Below, piece after piece: positions 11,050 to 23,400 of a DNA stretch of 64,000 nucleotides (positions are counted from its first letter, which is position 1; each line of letters begins with the position of its first letter). The notes below the pieces were generated by a model. It saw only the letters and a program-made list of their open reading frames with translations. It was not told where the DNA came from and did no database searches. Where the stretch lies: positions 1,426,001 to 1,490,000 of the forward strand of contig JAYWIR010000028.1 of NCBI GenBank assembly GCA_036172245.1, written 5' to 3'. Source of the DNA: Raillietiella orientalis. Its lineage: Eukaryota. A program made the position numbers and the translations under genes.

Positions 11050-12710
11050 ATTATGAGAATAGGCAGGTTGAGATGATTGGAACAGACTATAATGTTCCTT
11101 TTGATTATAATTGTTTATGATTTATGGAGTTGTTTAGTGGTATCTTTGTTAATTATGTCTTGTAGTTGGGAATGTGTGGAATCTAAAGGAGCATTTTATT
11201 TTTTGGGTATTTTGGTTTGTGGTAGGAATAATTTTATTAATTGTGAGTGGGAAGATGGGAAGTATTATTTTGAGGCGAGCTTGATTCTTAATGTTCAGTA
11301 ATTCTTTACATAATTAGTGTTCTGACTATAGTGGCATGATTACGTTTTTGAGCAATCGTATTTGGGATAGAATTTTAAGAATAGGTGTTGGATGAATGGT
11401 GCTCAAAGGCACTTGGGATTATGTTTTCAGGGGTTGATGGTTGGTATTTTTGAATAGTTATATTAATAAGAACGACCAAAAGAGCACAGTTGCCATTTTG
11501 TGCTTGATTACTAGATTTCTATTGTGGCACTGGTATCAGCTTTGGTTCACTTCTCTGCTTTAGTTACTGTAGGGGTGTATTTGATGATTTGCTTCAATGA
11601 GGTTGGGTTAATGAATGATGTTACAGTATATATGACCATAGTGATGATGCTATGTTCAAATGTTATGGAAGGGATAGATGCTGATGTAAAAGTAGCGATT
11701 GCATATTAAACATCGAGGCGATTGGCTGCGAGGGTTCATCTCGCGCGACCAAGAAGAGTGAAAGACAGTCTGGGCGCCGTCTGTTCCTGCAGCACATCCC
11801 AGGGTGCTCACTGCCCACATGCATGCATGCAGCATTTTCTGTCACCAAGCTGCGCACTGCATAGAACGGACATCCCCACCTCCATGTCTTCTCAGTACTT
11901 GACCAACTGAAAGAGGCAGCGCGAGGAAGGATTCGTGCCTTCCCAGCCCAGAAGACACCTGGACCTACCTGCAATGTTGCCATCACAGTGTGCCTGTACC
12001 CTATGCAGGAATGCCTCCCAGGCTCCTTCCAGCAAGGTGCCTGCACAAGTCACCTCCGCAGTGGCAAGGAGGGCCAGTTGCCCTCCTTGCTGCTGCTGTT
12101 AGCTTTCGCCTAGTTCTCCAAGATGCATGTCCTGCAAGAATCATGTCCAAGGACTGCGTGTCTCAGGTGCGTTTCCCTCGTCAGAGATTTGCACTGCATA
12201 TCAGCGCGGAGTCTAAGAACCCCCTCTCCCATTGCTAGTCCCACTTCACAAGACAGCCAGCAACTAAGAGCAGGGAGGACAGAGCTAGGAAGATGGTGCG
12301 AACATCCAAATTATTCTCAAACTGATGCCAAATCTTGCATCCTGCTGGACTCCCATCCGCCTCATTGTAGGGCTAGGGTTAGATAAGGGGCTCCTGATTT
12401 ATTATCAGTTGTTGATTCATGCTGTGTGTAAGGCATTCATGTTTTTGTGTGTGGGATTATTCATGAATATCATGTAAAAAGGTTTGCCAGCCATGAGGGA
12501 AAGTAACATTTACATTTTTAAGAGTAGTTTATAATGTTAGTGCGATGGAGTAGCAGGATTTCTTTTTTTGAGAAGGGCTTAACAGAAGAAGGATTTTTTG
12601 ACAGAGTGAGTATGGTATTTGACGTGAGGTGGTATTGTGGAAGTGTTGGTAATATTTGGAATGGTATTTTGGGCTATTTATGGGTCTCGAGTGTTAGGAC
12701 GGTTGTTTAA
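11050..12710 (+). pseudogene. nad5: Mitochondrial nad5 pseudogene interrupted by a ~630 bp insertion (NUMT)
   Basis: TKSAQLPFCAWL (from ~11476), VSALVH..ALVTVGVYLMICF and DVKVAIAY.T; after the insert, IVGLG..LLIHAVCKAFMFLCVG. Confidence 0.9.
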
Positions 12711-14399
12711 AAGAAATCGTAAATGGGCGGATTTTAATCATTTCCTTCTCCAATGGATCAAAATTTCAGACGTAATGCATTCTATAATTTTTAATGTGTT
12801 CCAACCAAGTAGGTTAAATCTATCATTTATATCTTGGTATTTTTTTCACGTTTCTTCATATGCGTAAAATAAGCAAAGCTAAGTAAGCTTCTTAGTAAAG
12901 CTATGAAAACTCAATAAAAATACAGTATATGTGTTTATAGCATTAATCTCTCGCCCTGTAATGTAGAAATCAATAAAAGGTTAAACAACATGACAAAATA
13001 GCAACTTTTATTTATTCTTTATTTACGTTTATGGCAACTTGAAATGCACCTTCATAAGATTGGTGTTTGTTGTTTCTCTTCTGCATTCCCGCTATTTAAT
13101 GAGGCAGGAATTATGAATCAGCAATGATGATTTGGTTCTGAAGGCTTTCATCTGTCAACCTAATTCTAACTTTTGCAATTTGCAATATTTTTTCGAGAAA
13201 AACTGTTGTCATCGAACATGTAGTTCGAAACAGAATACACATTTTTTAGGGAATGTCTCTTGAGGAAAGGATATTTTCTTATACAAATACAGACCTTATA
13301 AAATTTTGTTGACAGGAATGAACTGAATTTAATCCTAAGTAAAATAGCAGCTTGTAAATCAACCTATGTTTAAAACTTGAAGGGGCTATCTCTAGTTACA
13401 CAGAGAATGGACTGAGGAATAATTAGTTCCATCTCAGCTTCTTGAAAAACCTGCTTTTAAGTGCCCCCAGCTGAGATTCTTTCCTATACGAGGAGGCACG
13501 AGATGCTGGGTCCATTTGTCGGGATGTGGCGAAATGCCCTTTCTCAAAATTCACGTTTTGTTAGAAAAGGGAGTGGGATTGCAAAAAGGTGTCAGTTGAT
13601 TGCATGCGATCCCCTGGATGATGATGACGAGCTCGTTGCATGGGCAGTAATGTGTGCCAAAGATGATGCTACATCACCAGGCCAACGGTTCTCTTCCATT
13701 TCAAACTCTGGACGGTTCATATCCATAAATGACTCAACCTCTAATTGGAGTCACTCTAATGCTTTCACAGTTTAGCTTTAATGATACAGTAGATAGTCAT
13801 ATTCTGATTCAGGCAAAAATTCCCGAAGAAAGTTAATACCACGATCTTTAATGAAATTTAAACACCTAGTTACCAAAAAGACATTATTCCGCTACTGATT
13901 AGGCATTGGACGCAGCAGTCTTTTTGATGTTTGTGTCCAATGCTTGTGTCTTGTCCAAAGGATGTTCATCGGTTGATCCCACTACGACCTTCCTGGAAGA
14001 GCAGAGTATAGTGCCTATTCCGAATCGCAATCTAATGCTATTCCTCTTTTGCTCCATGACACTCCTTTCTTCTCCACAGTCTATCTTACGTTAGGCATCC
14101 AACTGAGAAATTCCCTAGAGCTGGAAGAAAACGGGTCCTTCACATAAAAGTCGCTAAACTCTCATTGCTCTTCAGGGTCAAATCATCACTTTTTTGAAAC
14201 ATTAGCAGCACTCCATCTGTATCTACGTCCTTACATTTTTCATATGAATGCTGACTTTCAGTCATGTTGGATCCTCTTCCTTGGGTATTTTTCTACTGTA
14301 ATAATCTGAATTGAGATTAAGTGGAAACAAAGTTTTCCTCGTCCCATTCGTTTAATAAAAAATGGACAACAGAGTTTTAGTTATCCCCAGTCCGACCAG

Positions 14400-16800
14400 T
14401 AGTGAGGTGCATTTATTAAACAACTTTCGTACTAAGTTCCCATTCACACATTTCTGCAGACACTTTTTTGAGTGTTTCTGCACGCAAAAATTTAAGGCAC
14501 ACAGAGTGTCAGTTCCTCTCTCCACATTCGGGATTGTTTCCCTGTTAGAGGGGTTACTGGGGTCTCATGATCATTCCACTCACTTGGAGAACATCCATCA
14601 TCTTCTTCGTGATGTCCAGGCGGATGCTCTGCCACAGTTCCTGATCCCAATTTCTCTCTGTAATATTCCTCGGAGGGTGTTCGTCGTAGATACTAGTTCG
14701 CCTGTGTTCCACATTTTTGGATTTCTTATTATGATACTTGTGCGGAGGTGGTGCGGAGCATGGGATTGTATCGGGGAACGTTTCCGTTCCCTTCAAACAT
14801 TCCCCCCAACGCATCTATCTTCATTCTCGTCTGCAGCCCGGTCACCGCCTCCAGCGTTGTCCAGTCCTGGCGCAGCGTTAGGCAAGTGAGAAGGTGAAGC
14901 CGGATTTCCCTGGCTCCACATGTCTTGCACACCTTGTCTTGGCTATTGCCTGTCCAATACTTCACTCTGGAGCCACATTCCGTATCCCGTACTGATTGAG
15001 ACATTGAGTCGCCTTCCTTGGTTGTCTTGGATTTCCTCGCGATATTAGCTCTGGTGGTCTGGCTCCATGCATTGGTTGATTTTCCAGAGCTCGCGGGTCT
15101 TGTGGCTGAATCTCCCCACTATTTTCGTGAGGCAGCGATACCGTCGCATTTTATGGCAATTTCCACTCGTGGCGAGCTGCTCGCAGTCACGAATGATCAT
15201 TCGTGGCCTTTGGTTCATCAATTTCCAGGTTTCCCGAGAGATCCTTATGAAATAAGGAATCAATATGTCCAGTTCTTCCTGTCACAATTCCTCGATCCTG
15301 GGCACTATCTTAATTTGGTGAGCCACCACCAGTGCTTGTTTTCTTCTCCACATGGGATCAGTGTTCCCCCAATCTCCTCGTTTGCCTATTAGGGCTGACA
15401 TCAGGCCTTTCAAGTTGTTGACCGGCTTCGAAAAGGCTCTTCGAAAAAAACTCAGTTCCGCATGAGGCCACTGGTCCCAGTTATTGGTGAGGTCCAGTTG
15501 TTCGCGCTGCCATGCTCTCCACGGATTGCTGTGACGATTTCATCCCGGTCCCATCTTCATCTCTCAGACGGCATAAAAGTTTCAGCCTAACCTTCAACTT
15601 GCACTCTCTACAGAGAATCTTCCGCTTGAGCTGTTTCACTTCCATCCTCATCATCTTGTCCACTCGGAATAAGGAAGTCCCGAAGAGTGCCTTGGGAAGA
15701 AGTAGAGAACCAACTCTACTTCACATTGAAGTTGACTCAGATGTACTTTCTGGCTTTTACTCTGGCTTTTCCTAGGATTTTTCCCAATGGATTTGCAGAG
15801 CGTATGCATTTCCGACGTGGATACCTAGGTAGTTGGTTTCGTCCACCACTCAGAATCCCTTCTTCGTTAACGTGGAAAGATCCAGAATTCCGAAGGATGT
15901 CGGGTGTGACTTCTGGGCGTTGAAATCCAAGCCAGTCCTTTTTCCATGGATTCGTCTACACCGAGGAGCGCACAGTGATACCTCTTGGCCTTCAGGAAAA
16001 AGAGATCATTCGCATATGCCAGGTGAGTGAGTATCGTCGTCGATGGAGATTCCTTGCAGGAGGATGCCTCTGTCGATCAGGAACGCATAGCCTCTAGGCA
16101 GAGCACGAACAGCCCTCGATCGAGAGCATCTCCTTGGAGGAAAGGGGTTTCTTCCATGGATTACCCTTTCCATCCACCTGTGCACACGGGTGGGAACCCA
16201 AAGTGCATATCCGGGTGAAAAACCCTTTCCACACGGATTGCGTCTGTGTCTCGTCCACTGATATACAGATCTTGCAGTGTTGTTCTTGTAATGCCATGCT
16301 GGCGCACTCGCTGAAGTAACCTGGGTGTCCTCAAGAGCCATCTTGTTAAATAGCTGACCTTTTCGTGTAGCCGGTAACTTATTCACGATGTCTTTCCATC
16401 CGTTTACCTTTAAATGCGTCAAGTGTTGCACTTATGTCAACCGAGCACATGATGGGGCGAGTTTCTACACGAAGTCTCGTACACTACACCGCAGATTGCT
16501 CCTATCTGCAGTGATAGAAAACGTAAAGTCACAGTTCTATAATATAGATATGCTTTACCGCGTTATCGCATCGAGACAATTACAAGATATGCGTTGCGTC
16601 ATCGGCGGATCCGGAGCACACAATGGAAGGATTCCATTTGAAAATCAATCCTTGCTATGGAAAAGGGGCCTGTTCCCCATATGGGCTGGGCTGAACTCTC
16701 ACAATGGATGGACCCTTGAAAATCTATCTCCAACTGCCTAACCGGTGATAAGGAAGCTTCATTGCATGCAACCCTCGTGCCCAATAAGTGTAACCTTGCG
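14400..16800 (-). mobile_element. Decayed L1/Tx1-like non-LTR retrotransposon ORF2 (RT plus C-terminal Cys/His region)
   Basis: LAYANDLFF (YADD-like, 16005-16016), TGLDFNAQKS, NYLGIHVG (15823-15831) and CKTCGAREIRLHLLTC zinc motif (~14880-14930), in collinear order with many frameshifts. Confidence 0.75.
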
Positions 16801-17421
16801 GAATGAGAACATCGATAAAGAAACGGAGTGATTCATGGGTCCCAACTTTATCTTGATAGTTCGTGCTTGCAATTATATAGTCTCCTGTAGAAAATGCACA
16901 AAACTTGTTTTATATCCTACACAGCAAACTTCGAAAATTGTGGTCTTCACCACAGAATACCGCATGCTCTTGGTATGGGTCTCCTTCCTCTATTCGGAGG
17001 AAAATTACGCGGACTTTTTGAATGAAATCCTTGTACTACTTTTTATTGAAAAATGCCATGTTTGTAAAAAAAAATTTATTGCATGAAAAATGCACGTATG
17101 CTTTTGCAGGCAAGTTCTAATATAAAGTATGAAATCATCATCTCCAGTAATGTTCTTTGGTCAAGCCAAGTTTTTGACATTGAGGTACAAATGCAGTCCT
17201 CATCAAGCTGCGCACCTCCCACAAGATGCTTGACAACTCTTTAATTCGCAGAAAAAGCTGTTACCGTAGCTCTCATGTTAACATACATGATTAGGGCAAA
17301 TATGGATTGCGCACCCAAAGAAACCTTCGTATGAAAACACGATTTCCCAAAATTCGAATGCTGTTCATCAATGCATAACCTGAAATTATTATGCATCTGT
17401 GAATGTGGTATCTTGGATCTA

Positions 17422-20400
17422 TCAGCTAAAAAAATAAACTGAATTCAACACTTCTTGTAAATCAAAATCTCCTTGACGTGGGACTTCCAGTAATCTCCGA
17501 TTTAATTTTCTTCTTCTTATTTCCTCTGGTGATCCATGATCCAGAAGTTCTCTTAAAACAGATTATTTTCACATTATCATGCTCGCCTTACCTGTCAGAG
17601 TATGAAAACTTCGATATAAAGTACCGACTCAAGTCTTCCAATATAGGCAAAGAATGCAAGGCAACAAACTGTTGTCGACAAATTCTGTTCATGGTATCGA
17701 CAGATGATGCATGCGTCCAGAAGCAATCATGAACTGAAACAAATGTTACACCTGCTCTTTGCAATGTCAGAGATGTCAACATCATGTGTGTGGCATCAAG
17801 AGAATGAATGAAATTAGGAGCACATCCATTTTTTTGCTTCAATTTGTGTGGTTTTACCCTCCTGACATTTGATGAGGAATCACGAAATAATTGATAATAT
17901 GGTTGGACAACGCAAAAACCAATCGGAGTAACCCATTCTACAGGTTTTTCTTGGACTGTTGCTATGAAACGTGCACAGTCAGTGAGCCAATTCTGGATAT
18001 CACGTGCAGAGGCGAACATTTCTTGGACGCTCATAAAGGTGGTTTTTGACAAAAAATGAGAGGCAGACCACACAGAACTTTCTGGTAAAATAGCAAGGTC
18101 CTTAATTTGCTTTGCTATCTGCAATCTGGCACCAAAGAATGTGACACCATAGACAGTTGTCATTACTGTCTGCTTGATAACTTTACGACTAATAACATTT
18201 TCTAAAATGTGGGCAATTTTCACATTTTTTGCAGCTGCATCTTTGCGAAGTTTTTCCACCATAACAGCTACATCACTATAGACATCATGTGGAGCTTCTG
18301 AAGATGACAAATTCACACTTATTGCACCTGCTCTATCACGACCTAGTGCTGCATAATGCTGAAGACCATTGCAAGAACCATCTTGATGAATAGGAAGATG
18401 GCTAATATATGCACAAGGATCTGGGGAGCGGAGAGCTGCAATCAAGTCCATACAAGCTGCTAGAGTTTGCCAAGGATCATCAGATTGTGTCCACCATTTA
18501 CGACCCTGACAAGAAATTGTTTACTCGTTATTTCAGATATATGCACTCACTGTTAGTGGTCGATCTGCTGAATCTGCAATTTCCTCTATCATCTCATTGG
18601 CAAACTGCAGTCTCTCAGCATGAGAACTACGCTTTTTTAACCCTGTGAGATTGACCAAATGAATTTTCAGCCATTCCAATCCACGTATGCCAACTGGTTT
18701 TCCATTAGCAAATATAAGCAATGATCTGGTAACATCTTCTGCAATATGGCTCAAATGCGGTGGGCAAGGATAGAACCGTCCTCGGAAATCTAGGTTATGT
18801 GGAAACCATATAATTCTCTTTCGATACTTCAGGTAAGAAAGTTCATTGAGTCGGGAGATAAAACAAATGGTGCCTACACTCACATGATTAGCAATGCTTA
18901 GTTTGTAAAGAGTTGTGCACCAAAGACTATACATCTGGGCCTTTCGGATATTATGAGCAATTCGTAATTTGGAAGACTTGAAACATTTGTCAGGCGATGC
19001 ATCAAGTAAACGAGGTACAGCTGATGCATGAAGTGGAACACCTAGTTGCAGATCTCCCTTGTCATGAAACACTTCCAGAAGAACATCCAAAACACGTTCG
19101 TTGATCTTCCAAGGAATGCAACTTGACTGATTGAGAGCATCCAAAACAGGATATAACTGTGTTTCTGGCATGTCCTTGAAATGATGGCGAAAACTGGTTC
19201 CACTTGAACTACGAATCAATTCAACAGGGTAAATTAAGAAACCACCTTGCTGCCTTGAAGACCAAGGTGTAGGAGGGCACAGCATTGGCAGCTCATTTAC
19301 TTCAAATGCAATTTTATTTTGTTTTCCAACACGATATAACGTTACAACAATAGGGTGTACTCTAATTTCTTCCTCACTGTTCAACCCAGCATAGCGCAAT
19401 ACTTTATATAAACAAGGTACTCGGGTTCTAGAATATTATTCATAAAAGAGCTGTAGGCTCAAAACTTACGTATTATGCTTTTTGCTAGAAGAGGACTGGA
19501 TACTGATTTTACATTTGAAGAGCAATTCGTACAGAAACTTCCCTACTAAATTAGTCACAGATCTTGGCCACATATTACTGGACTCCTTGGAAAAAAAAAT
19601 TATGAATGTAATAAATCAAAAATTTGCATACTGAGAGGGGCTAAATGTGTAAAGATATAGGATATTTTGATAAATATTTTAAAATCCTGAATTTCCTGTA
19701 AAAGCACATTTCAGTAATGGGAGAGGATCTGGAGAGAATCAAGGATTTCAAGGCCATAAGGGCTAATTTAAACATAAACACATTTTTTTGACTAATTTCT
19801 CGTCAATAACAGATTGAACAAACACAACTGAATACAAAAACGTACTAACGCGCACACAAACATGCATTAGTTTTCTAACTCATTCATTTGGACGACTAAC
19901 AAAAATCGAGCTGACTGACCATACCAATTTGAAGAAAAAGTGCAATTGGTTACTATGCAATGACAAGCATGGAAATAAGAATCGAAATGGTTCAACCAAA
20001 AAAGTCATGAAATTCCAAAAATGAGGCATGAATTCGAGGGTAAGAGGATTGCTAATCAGAAAAACTTACAATAAGAACGCTTTGAATAACTCAATCCATT
20101 CGAAAAATTCATTAATACACACACACAAAAAAACTGCCATTTGACCGCCTGAAACTTTTCGAGACCTACGATAAGCCAATGCAACACAAGCTAAACCTGC
20201 AACTTTCGATTTATACATAAAGCAGACAGTCATATGGAAGCTCACCGAAACTGAAAAAGACGATCCATTTTTCTTTTCTAAATGGAGCCAATATTCTCGT
20301 GGTAAATATTGAGCAGCTAAGCTTCTTGTCAAATGATACTCAGCCATTTTATGAGACAATTTTTCTAAATCTTTTAGAATTCCGGTTTTCTGTTTATAAG

Positions 20401-23400
20401 CAATTAAGTAGTGTGACCATACTTTCTGCCCTAGCCTTTGATATAGTTTTGTTAATGGAGGGCTAAATGTTGATTCCCAAGCAAGCTTATTAATTTCTCC
20501 TAGCATAAGATCTACGTAAACTCCAGGCTCTAGTACTTTCAGAAAGGGGAAGAGAATAAAATTACAGAGTTGTTCTTTTTTCTGTGCCCTCAATTTATTT
20601 AGGGCATCCATGAAGGCAGAGTGCAACTCTTTTTTCCACTCTTCAGTATAGGCAGACAATTTTTCTTTCTGGAATTACCTTGCAATATAGAACATAATTA
20701 ATAATTTACTAACTGAAGAGTGGTATTTCTTCTGAGAGTCTGTGAAGACAGAAGAAATGCTCAAAGTGGCTTGCAGTTCTAAATCCAATTGTTCTTTTAT
20801 AAAGTGCTCCATTTCAGATAAAGTAAAGAGATTTTCTGACATAGGAAGGCACTAGAATAACAGTTATTAGTTAGCATCATTATATACTCTGTACCTTCAC
20901 TATTCCATCAGAATTATTCAAATGCTCTAAAACGGGGTACAAATATTTCTGAGGAGGCATCTGCAAAGATGGTGTAAAAGCTGGCATTATAATCTGAATG
21001 GCGTTCAATATTTTCCTATACTGATTACCAGAAACGATGCAGTTATTAAAAATATCATGTACATTAAAATTCTGCAATATTGCAACAAGAAATAACTGAA
21101 TCCAATTACTCAGTATTATACTTTTTCCTTCATTTTCTCTAATAAGGAGGCTACTTTCATGCTTGAGCTAGCAGCTGCTTGACAATCTCCAATACATTCC
21201 AATAAAATAGCAAAAGTCTGCAAATCAGCTTCTAGTTCTTTTCTTTCCATGACTTGCAACAATTGTTCGCAGCTTGCAAAATCACTCTAGCAAAACAAAC
21301 ACTTCTAAACTATTAAAATACAACAAATAAATGCAAGCAAATTTCTCTTGTCATTACCACTACCGTTTTACAAGGCTCAAAGTTAGGTTTCATGAATCCG
21401 ATAAACATAAACAATAAATTATACGCATCCACGAAATCAAATGAAATGGTACAGTTGTTCAAAGTACAAAATTGCGTGTTCAAAATGCATACAATTTTGC
21501 TTTGTAAACAGAATGTCGTGAAATGATCAAAGTAACAAACTGCTGCAGCTGGCAGGGATGTAAAGTACTAAAACTTGAAGCAAAAATTCATACGATAATT
21601 TTGTACATCTACGACTTCATTTAATTAGTCTTTTTTACCATACATAAAATAAAACTGATTACACATATAAATGAAATTCACTGTAATCCAAATGAAAACT
21701 TGAAATTTTACAGGAAAAAAGTGAAAAGTTTTTTAAATTTCTACTCCAAACATTGACATACAAAAAAACTGCTGAATGTGGCCAATTTTAACATACAAAT
21801 GGGTATAACTAGACTAATTCCTGATCCTCACAACATTAATTACTTATATGTACTAAAATTTTGGACAACCTGGAATGCAAACCCTTTTAGGATGATGTTG
21901 TAAAGTTTAGTATGGAGAAACTTCTTATTTTTTAAAAGATATTTTAATCTTTTCTCCCATAAGAACAATGAAGCCATACTTTCTTTGAGTTCACCAATGA
22001 ATACCTGAAATTCAAAAGCAAAATTTCAATTTTCAGACAAATGAATATTAGATTAAAAACTAGCTTTCAGATGCATCTTTTATCAATTATATCGTAAAAA
22101 TACCAAATTATTCACGGACTCACCTGAGCATCTAAGTGTGAAAGCGCTGTTGGAAATAAGGTTTCAGTATTTGCTTTCTCGTTAATTAGCCTAACAAAAG
22201 AACCATCTAGGGGTTCTAAGTCATCTCCAAAATCTCTAAACAAAAGCATTCATCTGTACAGAAAAGTTATTTTTCAAAATGCATACATACTCATCAAAGG
22301 TACTCTGTCCACCAATCATGGATCTAGCAATGTAACTGGAATCCATTTTTAATTTTCTTTCTGTTAAGATTTTTTTACGCTTATCTTTTGAAACAGATTG
22401 GCAAGACGGATCTTCGAATTCTTTTAATTTCAAAGTTTTATCATGGTCGCCCATGATATTTTGTACATCAATCCAAGATTGACTGTTAATCACATCTACG
22501 TTTGTTTTTCCTTTCATCAGAGCAGCTATGTTTTTCCTACACAAAGCAAAGATTTCATTGCAAACTCTGCTTTGAACAATAAGTATATCTTCAAGAAATG
22601 TATTCACTGGGACAGTAAGACAAGTTCTAAAGTTTTCAAATAGATGCTCAGTGTGCCTCACTATGCATCTGTATTTGGAAATGTGATTTTTAACAAGCTG
22701 AGATTCATCATAGGTATGGAGAAACCTAATGAACTGCTCTAATTGGGTCATAATACTTGTACAAACAGAGTTCTTCATCTCAACTTTCGTGCTTAATGGC
22801 AGGTTACCAGACAATATTTTCAACAGAATATTAATGCAGCTACCAATACACTCATATTTATTGGCACACACTTCATACACCTCAATCAGGGATGTCTTGC
22901 CAACAGATGATTTAAGAAAACCAACTTTTTCAAGAGACTGGATAATTTTCTCGGAGTTCAAGTTTTTCACCTTAGTTTGCACATTCCAGGTTGCTGATGG
23001 TGCAACTGCAAAAATAACAACAAAATTTATTCAAATTTGGAATTTTAAAATATGAGTCAATGACATTATGTACAGAATACAATTCTACAAAAAAAACAAG
23101 CATCAGCAAATTAATAAATCAGCTGAAAATTGTAAGAAAAATTTAAAACATGCTTGCTCAGTTATTTAGAAACAAGCAAAGTTCCAGTATAGATAGGAAG
23201 ATGCATGCTCTGGTAGATTTATTTAACTGATTTGGAAACCGAATATTCTGTAAAATGTTGTTTAATTACCCAGAACAATATTGTAATTTCTAAAAGATTT
23301 GAATTTTATAAGAATTAGACAATATATCTCTTTATACTACAATTCATCTTGTACATATTCCAAACTTCTATTGCATTTTATAAAACTTTTACATCCACCC

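Larger units (their letters stand above)
8430..12710. other. Nuclear mitochondrial DNA insertion (NUMT): cytb(-), nad6(-), nad4L(+), nad4(+), nad5(+)
   Basis: Strong G/T-over-C/A strand skew, and mitochondrial protein motifs that read with TGA=Trp (see sub-features). Confidence 0.93.

Noticed and set aside
12740..12850. Minus-strand KYQDINDRFNLLGWNTLKIIEC resembling a Vsr-like/Polinton nuclease motif
   Set aside because: Too short, with no supporting neighbouring motifs.
13200..14400. Argument that the stops in the candidate viral frame show C-to-T hypermutation
   Set aside because: Every stop codon is trivially one C-to-T change from CAA, CAG or CGA, so this is not evidence.
8430..17422. 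Functional link between the NUMT and the neighbouring mitochondrial RNA polymerase gene
   Set aside because: The NUMT is fully decayed and nothing in the sequence suggests more than chance proximity.
17422..19400. T7-like RNA polymerase as a phage/prophage or horizontally acquired gene
   Set aside because: It has spliceosomal introns, a long N-terminal extension and the YFFS C-terminus of ordinary nuclear-encoded POLRMT.
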